Source of the DNA: an uncultured Gammaproteobacteria bacterium
GTDB taxonomy: Bacteria > Patescibacteriota > Microgenomatia > CAYXHB01 > CAZYTL01
Assembly: GCA_964650355.1 (NCBI GenBank)
Contig: CAZYTL010000002.1
Location: forward strand, 6,964-70,963
DNA length: 64,000 nt
Direction: 5' to 3'
Part shown: piece by piece, positions 47,195 through 57,830 of the stretch
Layout of the letters: each line of letters begins with the position of its first letter
Numbering within the stretch: position 1 is the first letter of the stretch
Notes under the pieces: generated by a model
Database searches by the model: none
Told to the model about the DNA's origin: nothing
What the model saw: the letters and a program-made list of their open reading frames with translations, nothing else
Position numbers and translations under genes: made by a program

Positions 47195-47426
47195 AATGAT
47201 TATCTAAGAATTAACAGCTATCTGTAGATTTCCGCTGATCCAGTCACGGCGCGTATTTACTGACCTTAAAGTCTCAGGATAAAATAGTAAGCGTGTACCA
47301 CTCTAGATTATACCGGTTAATAACGAATAACAAAATATTTCCTCGTTGTTTAATCAATTAAAGTTCGTTTTTGAGTGACTAAAAGACTCGCGGAGGAGCA
47401 AGATGTAAACTAATACTTAACAAGTT

Positions 47427-49913
47427 ATGAAGATCTTTCCTTGGTTGTTCTTTGGCCTACTAACTTTGATCTTTTTAAATCCGGTGATATTTGGTGGCCG
47501 GGTGCCGTTTCCGGGAGATAATTTGGTGGGTCATTATTATCCCTGGAAAGATTACGTATGGGAAGGAAGAGAGGCTGGTTATCCAATTAAAAATTTTGAA
47601 CTTAATGATGCTTTGGTACAGATGTATCCCTGGCGTGAGTTAGCAGTGACGGAAATTAAGAAAGGTCGATGGCCGTTATGGAACCCTTATAACTTCACCG
47701 GGACTCCCCTATTGGCAAATTTCCCGACGGCAATCTTCTACCCGCTGAATGCCCTGGAGTTGATTTTCCCGTTTGCTCTGGGGTGGACGATTTACATTGG
47801 TTTACAAACCTGGCTGGGAGGAGTGTTTATGTATTGGTATTTAAATAATCAGGGATTGTCAAAGTTAAGTTCGTTGTTTGGCGGACTGGTGTTTGCCTGG
47901 TCCTCTTCTATGACCACGTGGTATGAATACGGAATCACAGGCCATACTTGGTTATGGGTACCGTTAGTTCTATCAGCGATAGATAAAGTACAATCAAATG
48001 TTATACGGCAAAAATCAAAATTGACAAGTTCTAAGACTTGGTTTGAGATAACCTTAAGTCTTTTGAATAAGTGGTGGTTAGTGGGAGTAGGAGCGCTAAC
48101 GATGATGATCTTGGGTGGATTTATCCAAGGGGTTATTTATGGTTACACGATTGTTGCAGCTTACCTGGGATTTAGATTGTACGAAGGATTTAAAATCCTA
48201 TCCTCTGACCATGTTCAAAGTAAGAGGAAAATAATAGAGATCAAGCCTAATCATCACCATAAGAAAAGATCAGGAGTATATATCTTGGTTGGGCTGGGTT
48301 TGTTGGCAGTACCGGTTTTGCTCTCTGCAATTCAATGGTTACCATTTGGGGAAATGGTGGTAAGCAGTAGTCGGGTTGTAAGCAATGGAGGTCAAGGCGC
48401 CGGAGTTGATGACTATTTTCTTCCTTGGAGAAGACTGATCACGGCCATGGTTCCAGATTTTTTTGGCAATCCAGCGACAGGCAATTTTTGGGGGCAGACA
48501 TCTTACCTTGAGTTTGCCTTTTATATTGGTCTGATTCCATTAGTCTTAGTGCTTGTTGGCTTCTTGAATAAGAAACCATCTGCAGTTGAGAAATATTGGA
48601 GAGTTGCTTTAGTTTTAGGACTATTGTTTCTCTTGGATTCGCCCTTGGCCCGTTTACCATATTATATGAATATTCCTGGATATGCCGTATTATTACCCTC
48701 CAGGTTAACGGCGGTGGTCACTTTGACATTGGCGATTCTGGCTGCTTACGGTCTAAATAGCTATCAAAATGCAAAAGTTAAAGATAATCGACACCTGAAA
48801 AGTTTAGTTATTTGGTTGACTTTATTACTAGTTTTGTTGTGGGAAGTAGTGTGGTTGTCGGGAAGAATATTTATTGATAAAGAGTTAGTGGCTAATTTGA
48901 CAACTGTTGCTAAGCGAAACTTAATCTTGCCGTCAGGATACTTGTTATTAGTTTCCGGTTTTTTAACAGTTGATCACAAGATTAGGACCAAGAAACTTTT
49001 GCAGATTGGTTTAGTGACGTTAATCGCGGTGACAATCTTTGATTTACTGCATCAGGGATGGAAATATAATGGATTTGTGCCCAAATCAATAATTTACCCG
49101 CAGACTAAATCAACTGAATTTTTGCAAAATCAGAAATTGCCCCCGCGGGTGATGATCACCCATCCCGAACTGTTTCCACCGAATGTTAATTTAGTTTATA
49201 GAATCCCCATGTTGGATAGTTTTGATCCTGTCCATGACAGAAGAGTTGAGCGGTTGTTATCGACTTTAAACGGACAAGGGTTGTCCGGGGCTGTTGATTT
49301 TAGAAGAGTGACTTTTTCAGGAAATTATCAATCGCGGGCGCTTAATTTGTTCAGCCCTGAATATGTGTTTAGTTTAGGAAAAGATTTAGAAGCACCTGGG
49401 TTTCAATTAGTGATGCAGGAAGGACGGTCGAGATTATACAAAAACTTGCTAGCTTATCCGAGAGTTTATCTAACGAAAGATGTAGATTACTCAACTGATG
49501 ATAAGGAAATCTTACAAAGGGTTTTAGATTTTAGCCAAAAGGGAGAACGTAAGGCCATATTGGAAAGCAGCCTCAAACTGACAAACGAAGATTTAAAAGA
49601 TTATCGGGCAGAAATTATTAGTTACCAACCCAATGAAGTAGATATTAAAGTTTCAACTAATACTGACGCATTGTTAGTATTTAATGATGCCTATAATGAG
49701 GGTTGGGAGGCAATGGTTGATAGCTCGCAAGAGCCTATTTTTAGAGCTAATTATGCTTTCAGAGGAGTTAGAGTACCAGAGGGCAACCATTGGGTAAGGT
49801 TTATTTATGATCCCCAATCGTTTAGAATAGGAATGTTGATATCTGCGGGAACGGTGATGGGATTGGGAGTAATTTTGTTGATGAAAAAATCGAGATTCAT
49901 TCTTGGAGGTTAA
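47427..49913 (+). CDS. YfhO-family large polytopic membrane protein (GT-C-like)
   Basis: 828 aa. The N-terminus FGGRVPFPGDNLVGHYYPWKDY is typical of the YfhO family. Many TM helices and a C-terminal TM. Confidence 0.6.
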   Translation: MKIFPWLFFGLLTLIFLNPVIFGGRVPFPGDNLVGHYYPWKDYVWEGREAGYPIKNFELNDALVQMYPWRELAVTEIKKGRWPLWNPYNFTGTPLLANFPTAIFYPLNALELIFPFALGWTIYIGLQTWLGGVFMYWYLNNQGLSKLSSLFGGLVFAWSSSMTTWYEYGITGHTWLWVPLVLSAIDKVQSNVIRQKSKLTSSKTWFEITLSLLNKWWLVGVGALTMMILGGFIQGVIYGYTIVAAYLGFRLYEGFKILSSDHVQSKRKIIEIKPNHHHKKRSGVYILVGLGLLAVPVLLSAIQWLPFGEMVVSSSRVVSNGGQGAGVDDYFLPWRRLITAMVPDFFGNPATGNFWGQTSYLEFAFYIGLIPLVLVLVGFLNKKPSAVEKYWRVALVLGLLFLLDSPLARLPYYMNIPGYAVLLPSRLTAVVTLTLAILAAYGLNSYQNAKVKDNRHLKSLVIWLTLLLVLLWEVVWLSGRIFIDKELVANLTTVAKRNLILPSGYLLLVSGFLTVDHKIRTKKLLQIGLVTLIAVTIFDLLHQGWKYNGFVPKSIIYPQTKSTEFLQNQKLPPRVMITHPELFPPNVNLVYRIPMLDSFDPVHDRRVERLLSTLNGQGLSGAVDFRRVTFSGNYQSRALNLFSPEYVFSLGKDLEAPGFQLVMQEGRSRLYKNLLAYPRVYLTKDVDYSTDDKEILQRVLDFSQKGERKAILESSLKLTNEDLKDYRAEIISYQPNEVDIKVSTNTDALLVFNDAYNEGWEAMVDSSQEPIFRANYAFRGVRVPEGNHWVRFIYDPQSFRIGMLISAGTVMGLGVILLMKKSRFILGG

Positions 49914-50054
49914 TGTATCTTGAAAAAGCCTCGAGGTAATATTAAAAACACCATTAAAAGTGCTGCAAAACACAGGATGATTAAAATCTGAGATGGTATT
50001 GAATAGTTTGTTTATTCGGGTGTAAATTCATGATTAACGATACTTAAGATTTGT

Positions 50055-51908
50055 ATGGCGAAAAGAAAAAGAAAAAAGGTAGGGAAAATATCAGTGACCA
50101 GACAATCAGATCAGATCCAGCCAACTGCCCAACTGGTTGAAGAGACTTCAAGACCGGGAGTAAAAGAAATCATTAGAAATAATTGGAAGTATATCTTGCT
50201 GCTGATGTGGGTGACCTTGGGTGTTTATGCGAATTCCCTGCCAGGCGATTTTTCTATCGTAGACGATATTCCAGGAATTATAACCAGTGGCAGGTATGAT
50301 AATTTGGCTGAAAATATTAAAACCTTCCATTTGCAAAGTATTATTTACTCTATCTTAATTAATGTCTTTGGCAAGAATCCTTTAGTTTTTCATATTTTTT
50401 CATTGCTGCTCACCTTGATGATTGTGGGATTAGCCTTTGTTTTAGTTAGAATGATTTGGAGCAAAAGAGTAGCTCTAATCGCTTCTCTAATTTTTGCGGT
50501 GCATCCGGTGACCACTGAATCAGTGACTTGGATCAGCGGCAGTCCTTATCTGATCAATGCTATGTTTTTATTGCCAGGGATGATCAGTTATATAAAGTTT
50601 AAACGGACAAAGAAAGAGGGTTACTTGCTTCTGTCTCTAGTTATTTATTCCTTGGCATTGTTACTAACGAGAACTCCCTGGGTGCTGACTTTACCCATTG
50701 CATTATTGATTATAGATCAGTTTATTGTTGAACAGAGGTTTGATTGGAGATCTTTAGTGAACTTTGTCTATTATTTGGTACCGACAGTTATATACGTGGG
50801 GTTGTTTTTACGTAAAGCAGGTGCAGCTAGATTGGCCAGTAGGCAAAGCGGTAGTTACTTGAATCAACAAACTTTACCGCTGACAAAAAGTTACATTTTT
50901 ACAATTTATTCAATGATTCGGTTGTATGTTTTTCCCAAAGATTTGAAAATCTACTATGACGGAAATGTGATCACTAATCAGCAGTTAATCATCATGGTGA
51001 TTCTGTCATCAATATTTGTAGCAATGGTTTTATTCTTTTGGTTGGGGAAGAGGAATCTGAAAGTCACTGGTTTGTTACTATTGCTGCCAGCGATGTTGGC
51101 TCCCAGTTTCAGTCCGATAAAAGTTACCTGGAACATGGCAGAGAGATACTTATATTTAGGTACCTTATTTTTCGGGGTGTTAGTCGCTTTGATAATATTA
51201 AAAATCAGTAGTTATTTTAAATGGAAATATGTATGGATTCTACTAACAGTACCATTGCTCTTGGTTTTGTCGGTAAGAACGGTGATCAGAAACAATGACT
51301 ATCTTGATAATAAGGAATTTGCTAGAAAAACAATTATCGCCGCTTCCCAAAGTGTGCGGCCATATAATGATTTGGGTACGTTGTACTATATGGATGGAGA
51401 CACAGAGACAGCTCTTGATTATTACAGCCGAGCATTACAGATTAACCGGCTATCTGCAACTGCGATCAACAATATTGGGCTGATTTTTTTGAAGAATGGA
51501 GTTCCTGATTCAATTTTTTCGGCACCGGATTACTTTCCTCAGATGGAGCCAAATGATTATCAAGCTTGGCTAGCAAGGGCAATTAGTTCTTATAAAAACG
51601 AAAACCCCACCAACGCTGCCTATTACTTAATTGGAGCAGTAATAAGGAATCCTCAAGGCATAGAGGCATTAAATTTAATGGGAGATATGTATTACGCCCA
51701 GCAAGAATGGGAGAGGGCAAAGGATTTTTATTTAAGGTCGGTAAAGGTTAATGACCAGCAAGCCAATATCTACTATAAGTTAAGCACCATCGAAGCCACA
51801 AAGTTGGGTGATTATCAAAAAGCTAAAGAATATACTCTCAAGACCTTAGAAATCGATCCAAATCTCGAAGGTGCTAAGAAAAATTTGGAAATGTTGGATA
51901 GAAAATAA
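50055..51908 (+). CDS. Polytopic membrane protein with an N-terminal PMT/DUF2723-like glycosyltransferase region and C-terminal TPR repeats
   Basis: 617 aa. About 11 TM helices followed by TPR-like repeats (ALDYYSRALQINRL..., AKDFYLRSVKVNDQ...). Confidence 0.5.
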   Translation: MAKRKRKKVGKISVTRQSDQIQPTAQLVEETSRPGVKEIIRNNWKYILLLMWVTLGVYANSLPGDFSIVDDIPGIITSGRYDNLAENIKTFHLQSIIYSILINVFGKNPLVFHIFSLLLTLMIVGLAFVLVRMIWSKRVALIASLIFAVHPVTTESVTWISGSPYLINAMFLLPGMISYIKFKRTKKEGYLLLSLVIYSLALLLTRTPWVLTLPIALLIIDQFIVEQRFDWRSLVNFVYYLVPTVIYVGLFLRKAGAARLASRQSGSYLNQQTLPLTKSYIFTIYSMIRLYVFPKDLKIYYDGNVITNQQLIIMVILSSIFVAMVLFFWLGKRNLKVTGLLLLLPAMLAPSFSPIKVTWNMAERYLYLGTLFFGVLVALIILKISSYFKWKYVWILLTVPLLLVLSVRTVIRNNDYLDNKEFARKTIIAASQSVRPYNDLGTLYYMDGDTETALDYYSRALQINRLSATAINNIGLIFLKNGVPDSIFSAPDYFPQMEPNDYQAWLARAISSYKNENPTNAAYYLIGAVIRNPQGIEALNLMGDMYYAQQEWERAKDFYLRSVKVNDQQANIYYKLSTIEATKLGDYQKAKEYTLKTLEIDPNLEGAKKNLEMLDRK

Positions 51909-52078
51909 AATCTGCAACAGTGAGTTCCGAAAGAGGAATGAGCGATTGGAGATGGAGATTTTACTAATTGACGAAGTTTGAACTCAGATGGTATTATTAA
52001 GCTAGATAGTTTGTCAAAGAGCAGTAGACATCATATGTGCGAAATAATGTGCTCTCGATGACAGAGAATATTATTTGA

Positions 52079-52675
52079 GTGCATATGATGCGGGATGTGA
52101 TCTACGATAGCGGGTTGGGAATCGCAGCACCGCCATCGGCGGTGTCAAGGAGGGGGTTTTTTGTCCAAAGACCTAGTTTTCCGGTTTCTTCTCTGATTGA
52201 TGGGCGATATGATTGGGATAGAGAGAATTTGGGAGAAGAACTAATTAAAGTAACTGATTTTTACCAACGAAGACCAATCCCGATTGGGGAAGATAGCCAG
52301 GTAGAAGATGCTGAATTAGTGGTGGCATCAAAAAAATCAATGAAAACGAAATTAAGAATAAAAACAGTGTTTCCTTTTATTTTTTTCCCGGACGATTTAA
52401 TTATCGACGAAGCGAAAGTAACTATTATTAAACGTTACTTCTTTGCCTGCCAGGAAATTCATACTATTCCTATTAAGGATATTGTTGATGTCATTGTAGC
52501 CTCTAGTTTATTCTTTGCTACTTTATATATAAAAAGGGCTTTTCAAAATGATCTTTATCAATTTAATTATTTAAACAAGCAAGATGCGATGCGAGCCAGA
52601 CAATTGATTCAAGAGTTGGGGGGGAAAATTGGTAGAGAAAAAGTAAGCTCTAGGAAAGACGCACCAGATATGTAA
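52079..52675 (+). CDS. Hypothetical protein
   Basis: ORF only. The start is uncertain. Confidence 0.3.
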   Translation: MHMMRDVIYDSGLGIAAPPSAVSRRGFFVQRPSFPVSSLIDGRYDWDRENLGEELIKVTDFYQRRPIPIGEDSQVEDAELVVASKKSMKTKLRIKTVFPFIFFPDDLIIDEAKVTIIKRYFFACQEIHTIPIKDIVDVIVASSLFFATLYIKRAFQNDLYQFNYLNKQDAMRARQLIQELGGKIGREKVSSRKDAPDM

Positions 52676-52793
52676 GGTTGTTGTGAGATTTGTGAGACAA
52701 ATAGTTTCGGCAACCAAAGGAGGCCTTTATATAATATAACGATTAGGGTATAGTGATGGTGATAAATGATTTCACGAAGGGAGGTGAAGATAG

Positions 52794-53177
52794 ATGAAAG
52801 TGTACGTGGATAATATTGAAGATTTGACTTTAAAAAATAATTTTTTCCGTCAAGTGTTATTCACCGCGCCTCATTCACAGTTGGTGGTAATGTGTTTGCA
52901 ACCAGACGAAGATATCGGCATGGAAGTCCATGACGATGTTGACCAATTCTTAAGAGTTGAAAAAGGACAGGGAAAAGCTATCTTAAACGGTGAAGAGTAT
53001 CCGCTTAAAGACGGTGACGCAGTGGTGGTGCCTGCAGGTACAGAGCATAATGTAGTGAATACCTCTGACAGCGAGCAATTAAAGCTATACACGATTTATA
53101 GCCCGGCGGAGCATAGAGACGGGGTAATCCACCAAACCAAAGCAGTGGCTATGGCTGATGAAACAGATCATGTATAG
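52794..53177 (+). CDS. Cupin-domain protein
   Basis: Cupin motifs (G...H.H around MEVHDDVDQF and PAGTEHNVVN). Confidence 0.6.
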   Translation: MKVYVDNIEDLTLKNNFFRQVLFTAPHSQLVVMCLQPDEDIGMEVHDDVDQFLRVEKGQGKAILNGEEYPLKDGDAVVVPAGTEHNVVNTSDSEQLKLYTIYSPAEHRDGVIHQTKAVAMADETDHV

Positions 53178-53206
53178 CAAAATTAGAGTATGATAAGCTA
53201 ATCCCA

Positions 53207-54358
53207 ATGATCTGGGTGCAAAATAAATTTTGGAGAATAGTCATTTGGTTGTTCATCTTTGGCACGGTATGCTTGGCTGTTTTTACTGTTGGAAGGATCC
53301 TGATCACTTTTCGATTGCACGACTTTGATATTTACTACCGGGGAGTCGGAGACTTGCTGGCCCATACAAATCCGTACGCTAATAGACCAGGAGAAGTAAT
53401 TTATCCACCCGTGGCTTTGCTGTTATTAATGCCTTTAGGTTTTTTCTCACAAACACTGGCAGAAGATGTCTGGACCGTCATTTCAGTGATAAGCATATTG
53501 GGTTCATTGGCCATGTTATTAATCCTATGGAAAGGAAAGATTAAAGCTAAACACATTGGACTGTCTTTTGGTTTGGCGATGTTGTCATTTCCGGTGAAGT
53601 GGAACCTGGGAATGGGGCAAATTAATTTGTTACTGTTGTTACTAGTTATCGGTAGTTTTTACGCTTATAGAAAAAGCAGATCAATAACTAGTGGGGTATT
53701 GTTAGGTATAGCATCGGCTATTAAATTCATTCCCCTACCCTTGTTTTTGTTTTTCTTGCACAAAAGACAGCGGAGATCTGTTGTGGCCGGAGGTTTAATG
53801 TTCTTGTTTATGCAATTGGCCGGTGGGTTGGTAGTAGGTAAGGAGATAAATTTTTATTATTGGAGCCAGGTGTTTCCTCATTTGCCAACTGTGGGCAACA
53901 TTGCTTACTATAACCAAGCGTTAACTGGGTTTTTGGCCAGAGCTCATGTTTCAGTGGAAATTTCCAAACTGATTAACTATAGTGTCTTTGTGGGTTTGTT
54001 GATTGGAGTATGGAAAGTAACAGACTCTAATCGGGAAAAGTTAGAGAAGGAATTGTTAGAGTACGGGCTGCTTGTTCTGGCCGTTTTAATAGGCGCTGGT
54101 CTGGCTTGGCAATATTATTTTGTATTAACAGTGATTCCGTTTGCGGGAGTTTTCCTTTTGATTATTAACTCCTTTAATAAATTAAAGTGGTACTGCGTGT
54201 TTACTTTAATAGCATATTTGTTGATTTCCGGAAACATTAAACATCCCGAGAACTTTGGAGGAGTGAAAGTTGTCTTCTTATCTCATGTCTTATACGGTAC
54301 GATGCTCCTGTACGGCATCGCTTTTTCGCTGCTGAGACGAAGATCCACCTGGACCTAA
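53207..54358 (+). CDS. DUF2029-like (GT87-like) polytopic membrane protein
   Basis: 383 aa. The N-terminus with DFDIYYRGVGDLLAHTNPY resembles the GT87/DUF2029 mannosyltransferase-like family. Confidence 0.45.
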   Translation: MIWVQNKFWRIVIWLFIFGTVCLAVFTVGRILITFRLHDFDIYYRGVGDLLAHTNPYANRPGEVIYPPVALLLLMPLGFFSQTLAEDVWTVISVISILGSLAMLLILWKGKIKAKHIGLSFGLAMLSFPVKWNLGMGQINLLLLLLVIGSFYAYRKSRSITSGVLLGIASAIKFIPLPLFLFFLHKRQRRSVVAGGLMFLFMQLAGGLVVGKEINFYYWSQVFPHLPTVGNIAYYNQALTGFLARAHVSVEISKLINYSVFVGLLIGVWKVTDSNREKLEKELLEYGLLVLAVLIGAGLAWQYYFVLTVIPFAGVFLLIINSFNKLKWYCVFTLIAYLLISGNIKHPENFGGVKVVFLSHVLYGTMLLYGIAFSLLRRRSTWT

Positions 54359-54432
54359 TAATTGTCCACCCAAAAACCCTGGACGATTATTTGCATAAAA
54401 ATCCAGGGCTTTTTAAACTCTCTCTTGAGTTT

Positions 54433-54717
54433 TTAATATTGAGGTTTGCGATCGTACGTACCCCGTGGTTTGGGTGGTCTGGCTTCATTGACTACCAGGG
54501 CGCGACCTTGGAAGTCTTTGCCATTAAACATCTCGATAGCTTTTTGAGCTTCTTCCTCGGTACTCATTTCCACGAACCCGAATCCCCGAGAGCGTCCGGT
54601 ATCTCTGTCTGTAACTACACTAGCACTGACAACTTGACCTGCCTGGGCAAAAAGTTCTTCTAATTGATCACTAGTAATACCGTAATCAAGATTACCTATA
54701 TACAGTTTATTTTTCAC
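54433..54717 (-). CDS. RRM-type RNA-binding protein
   Basis: RNP-2 (LYIGNL) and RNP-1 (RGFGFVEM). 94 aa. Confidence 0.85.
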   Translation of the reverse strand: MKNKLYIGNLDYGITSDQLEELFAQAGQVVSASVVTDRDTGRSRGFGFVEMSTEEEAQKAIEMFNGKDFQGRALVVNEARPPKPRGTYDRKPQY

Positions 54718-54976
54718 GAAATTTCACCTCCGATCATGATAGGAGAAGACTTCTTTGGAGTTAACCGGAGTATCTGAAGTCCTTTTAAAATAAAGGATAT
54801 TACACGGTCTCTACTGGATGATTTAGATTTACGCTTCAGTAGTGTAAACCAAATGAAGTTGATCCTGAATTCTTTTGATTGTTAAGAACCTATTTAGAGT
54901 TAGGCTAAGTTTAACATATTCAGATTATATTTCCACTGGTGAATTATAAGAAGCTATTAAAGAGTTTGCTAAAAGG

Positions 54977-55471
54977 TTAATGGGTTAAGACTTTGGTTTT
55001 ACCAACAAGGTACCGAAGGTAATTACGATAGAGGTTGTTGGTAGTAACGATACCGACCAGATGCTCGTGATCTACCACTGGTAACCGGCGGATTTTGTGA
55101 ATAATCAGAACCGCACAGGCTTTAAGCACATGATCCTGAGGCTCGACGGTAATTAGTTCAGTGGTCATGAGGTCTTGAGCGGTCAGATCGTTAATTTTGT
55201 TGGCTTCGTGCTCAATATGTTCGTGGCTTAAGTAATAAGGATAATCTTGGTAGAATTGCGCTTGGGAAGGAAACAAGTTGAGAAGGAGATCTTTTTCGGA
55301 GATGATTCCCACAAATTTCTCGTGGTGGTCGATAACCGGCACACCAGAGATGCGATGGTGAATCAATATTTGGAGCACTTCAGCAAAGCTGGCAGAAGTC
55401 TTTACACAATGTAGCTGTGTGCTCATGACGTCACGGACCAGCATGTTTGTCACCCTGCCATTATTATACAT
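54977..55471 (-). CDS. CBS-domain pair protein
   Basis: Two CBS motifs (VPVIDHHEKFVGIISEKDL and LPVVDHEHLVGIVT). Confidence 0.75.
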   Translation of the reverse strand: MYNNGRVTNMLVRDVMSTQLHCVKTSASFAEVLQILIHHRISGVPVIDHHEKFVGIISEKDLLLNLFPSQAQFYQDYPYYLSHEHIEHEANKINDLTAQDLMTTELITVEPQDHVLKACAVLIIHKIRRLPVVDHEHLVGIVTTNNLYRNYLRYLVGKTKVLTH

Positions 55472-55531
55472 GAGATGGCAAACTAAAGGTAGAACTCGAA
55501 TGGAAAATATCCGGGGAGTTTTTCCTACCGT

Positions 55532-55804
55532 CTATTTCTTCTTTTTGGAATTCGTTCTTTCAACTGTAAGGGTGCATTCGGTAACTAAAGCAGCGATGGC
55601 GCCGACTGCTGCTAATACGGGAGCCAGAGCCGCGCCAATCACGCCAATGGTTAAAGGTAAAACCATGATGGTTTTTCCTTGTTTATCTTTTATGGTTACC
55701 TGACGGACGTTGCCTTCTGCGATAAGTTCTTTAGTCCTTTTTAGTAGCTGGTCACCTTTGACTTTGATGGTTTCTGTGGCTGTTGAGGATGGCAAATGAA
55801 TCAC
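55532..55804 (-). CDS. Small conserved protein, DUF4342-like
   Basis: 90 aa. The Gly/Ala-rich hydrophobic segment IGVIGAALAPVLAAVGAIAALV resembles the DUF4342 family. Confidence 0.4.
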   Translation of the reverse strand: MIHLPSSTATETIKVKGDQLLKRTKELIAEGNVRQVTIKDKQGKTIMVLPLTIGVIGAALAPVLAAVGAIAALVTECTLTVERTNSKKKK

Positions 55805-55841
55805 CTCCTTTCATACATTTCCTACAATGTGTTAGTTAGAG

Positions 55842-56720
55842 CTAAATGTCAATTTGTAAATATTGCCGGATAAGCAGGCCGATTAAAAATGTAAAGGCAG
55901 AAATTCCCATACTGATAAGAGCCATTTCTATAAACCTATGTTTGAAGGATAAATTCTGCGCCACAGAGATATAAAAAGTAAAAGCCAAAATTACGATGAC
56001 GGCATTGAATAGAGTAATGACTAAACAGAGATATATATTGTGGAAGATTAAATAAGGAAAGATCAGGAATAAAACTGTGAAAACGTATGCTATACCTGTA
56101 TAGATAGATGCTCTTAAAGGGCTTAAACCATTGGAGTCTGTTTTAGTAGATAAATACTCTGAAGCAGCCATAGAAAAAGAGGCGGCAATCCCAGTAATCA
56201 AGCCAGCCACTGCAATAATACGGTTGTTCTGGAAGGCAAGAGTAAATCCGGCCAAAGCCCCTGTAAGTTCAACCAAGGCGTCATTTAGCCCTAAAACGAT
56301 GGAGCCGACATATAACATCCTGTCTTCTTTAAGAAGAGCTAATATTTTTTGTTCATGACGATCTTCATCTTGGATGATGGTTTTGACCTCAGGAATTTCG
56401 TGAGCAACTGATTGATAAATCTGTTGAGCTCTTTGCTCTCCCCTCTCCATTAATCTTAAGGCAAAGGTTAACCCTAAGATTCGTGCAATTATAAAATAGA
56501 CCGATACTTTCACCCGGTGGGGTTGGATTTCTTGGCCGGTGTATTTTTCCCAATAGAGGTAATGTTGATGCTCATCGTCAGCCATTTCATCAAGGAAGTG
56601 CTTATTTCTATGATTGTGTTCGATGGTGGCCAGCGCATGGTAAACCGTATGTTCGGTAATTTCTGTTTCTTGAGCAGCTAGAATGATTTGTCTTGTGTTT
56701 CGGCTGATTTTTTTTGTCAT
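55842..56720 (-). CDS. Ferritin-like domain fused to a VIT1/CCC1-family iron/manganese transporter
   Basis: The N-terminal ~120 aa have rubrerythrin/ferritin-like helices (HALATIEHNH...DDEHQHYLYWE). The C-terminus has the VIT1 membrane domain (NDALVELTGALAGFT...SMAASEYLS). Confidence 0.75.
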   Translation of the reverse strand: MTKKISRNTRQIILAAQETEITEHTVYHALATIEHNHRNKHFLDEMADDEHQHYLYWEKYTGQEIQPHRVKVSVYFIIARILGLTFALRLMERGEQRAQQIYQSVAHEIPEVKTIIQDEDRHEQKILALLKEDRMLYVGSIVLGLNDALVELTGALAGFTLAFQNNRIIAVAGLITGIAASFSMAASEYLSTKTDSNGLSPLRASIYTGIAYVFTVLFLIFPYLIFHNIYLCLVITLFNAVIVILAFTFYISVAQNLSFKHRFIEMALISMGISAFTFLIGLLIRQYLQIDI

Positions 56721-56816
56721 GATTGTAGAGTATTTTTAGTTTAGATTAAGAACCAGATGTAACGATTATATACCACTATTTATAAAATTATATCTGAAAG
56801 GTATATAATTAGCTTA

Positions 56817-57830
56817 ATGGTTGATAAGATTGTCAGATCATTATGTTGTTTTTCTGACAATCCTGGGCCGTGGTGCGTAGAGAGAGCTGAGCAGAGAATA
56901 AAAAGATTGGAGAATCACGGATTCACGGTGCAAACTCAACGGTTGTGTACAGAGCTATTTGCACCCAAATGGCTGGAAAATAGGATTTGGGATCGAACCG
57001 TGCTATTAAGTGTGGGAACTGTAAGTTATAAAAGGGCGATGAAGATGCTGCCCAGCTATTGTAAATGTCCCCGGATCAGTTTTAATGTGGATTTAACTAA
57101 AGAAAAGATCAAGAATCTTCATGCTCGGTTGTTATTTAAATTAATAAAGCACGCTCCAGAAAATACTTTTAATTTCGCGTATGTATTCAACAACCCATTT
57201 TCTTCACCCTTCTTTCCTGCGGCGAATTATCAAAAAGAAGGTTTTGCCATTGGATTGCAGCCGACTGATTTGGCTGAAGGGTGCAAAACTTTAAAACAAT
57301 GGTTAACAAGAGTCCGGGAAGTATGGGAAGAGATTGAGGTACTCTTCAAACATGACGATCAATTTTTAGGGATTGATTCTTCTGTCGCTCCCTTATTTAC
57401 CGGTAAGAGCAGCTTAGTAAATTTTATTAAAAGGATAGATAGCTTTTCTCATTCGTCAACCACGAATGTTTACTTGAAAATAAGTAAATTTTTGAAAGAG
57501 CACAACCCCAAACCGGTGGGTTTGTGTGGATTAATGTTTCCTTGTCTTGAGGATTTCGAATTGGCTGAAGAGTATGAGAAGGGTAATTTTTCGATTGAAA
57601 AAAATTTGTTTTTGTCACTCCATTCTGGTTTAGGCATTGATACTTATCCTATCGGAGTGGACGAGTCTCCTGATCGGGTGGTTGAGATACTAAGATTGGT
57701 CCAAGATCTATCAAATAAATATGAAAAACCTCTATCAGCGCGATTTGTATCTGATGGTAAAGCTAAAATCGGAGATAGAACTAATTTTCAGAATCAGTAT
57801 TTGAAAGATGTAGTGGTTAGGGAGCTATAA
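56817..57830 (+). CDS. Hypothetical protein
   Basis: 337 aa. No confident family assignment. Confidence 0.4.
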   Translation: MVDKIVRSLCCFSDNPGPWCVERAEQRIKRLENHGFTVQTQRLCTELFAPKWLENRIWDRTVLLSVGTVSYKRAMKMLPSYCKCPRISFNVDLTKEKIKNLHARLLFKLIKHAPENTFNFAYVFNNPFSSPFFPAANYQKEGFAIGLQPTDLAEGCKTLKQWLTRVREVWEEIEVLFKHDDQFLGIDSSVAPLFTGKSSLVNFIKRIDSFSHSSTTNVYLKISKFLKEHNPKPVGLCGLMFPCLEDFELAEEYEKGNFSIEKNLFLSLHSGLGIDTYPIGVDESPDRVVEILRLVQDLSNKYEKPLSARFVSDGKAKIGDRTNFQNQYLKDVVVREL

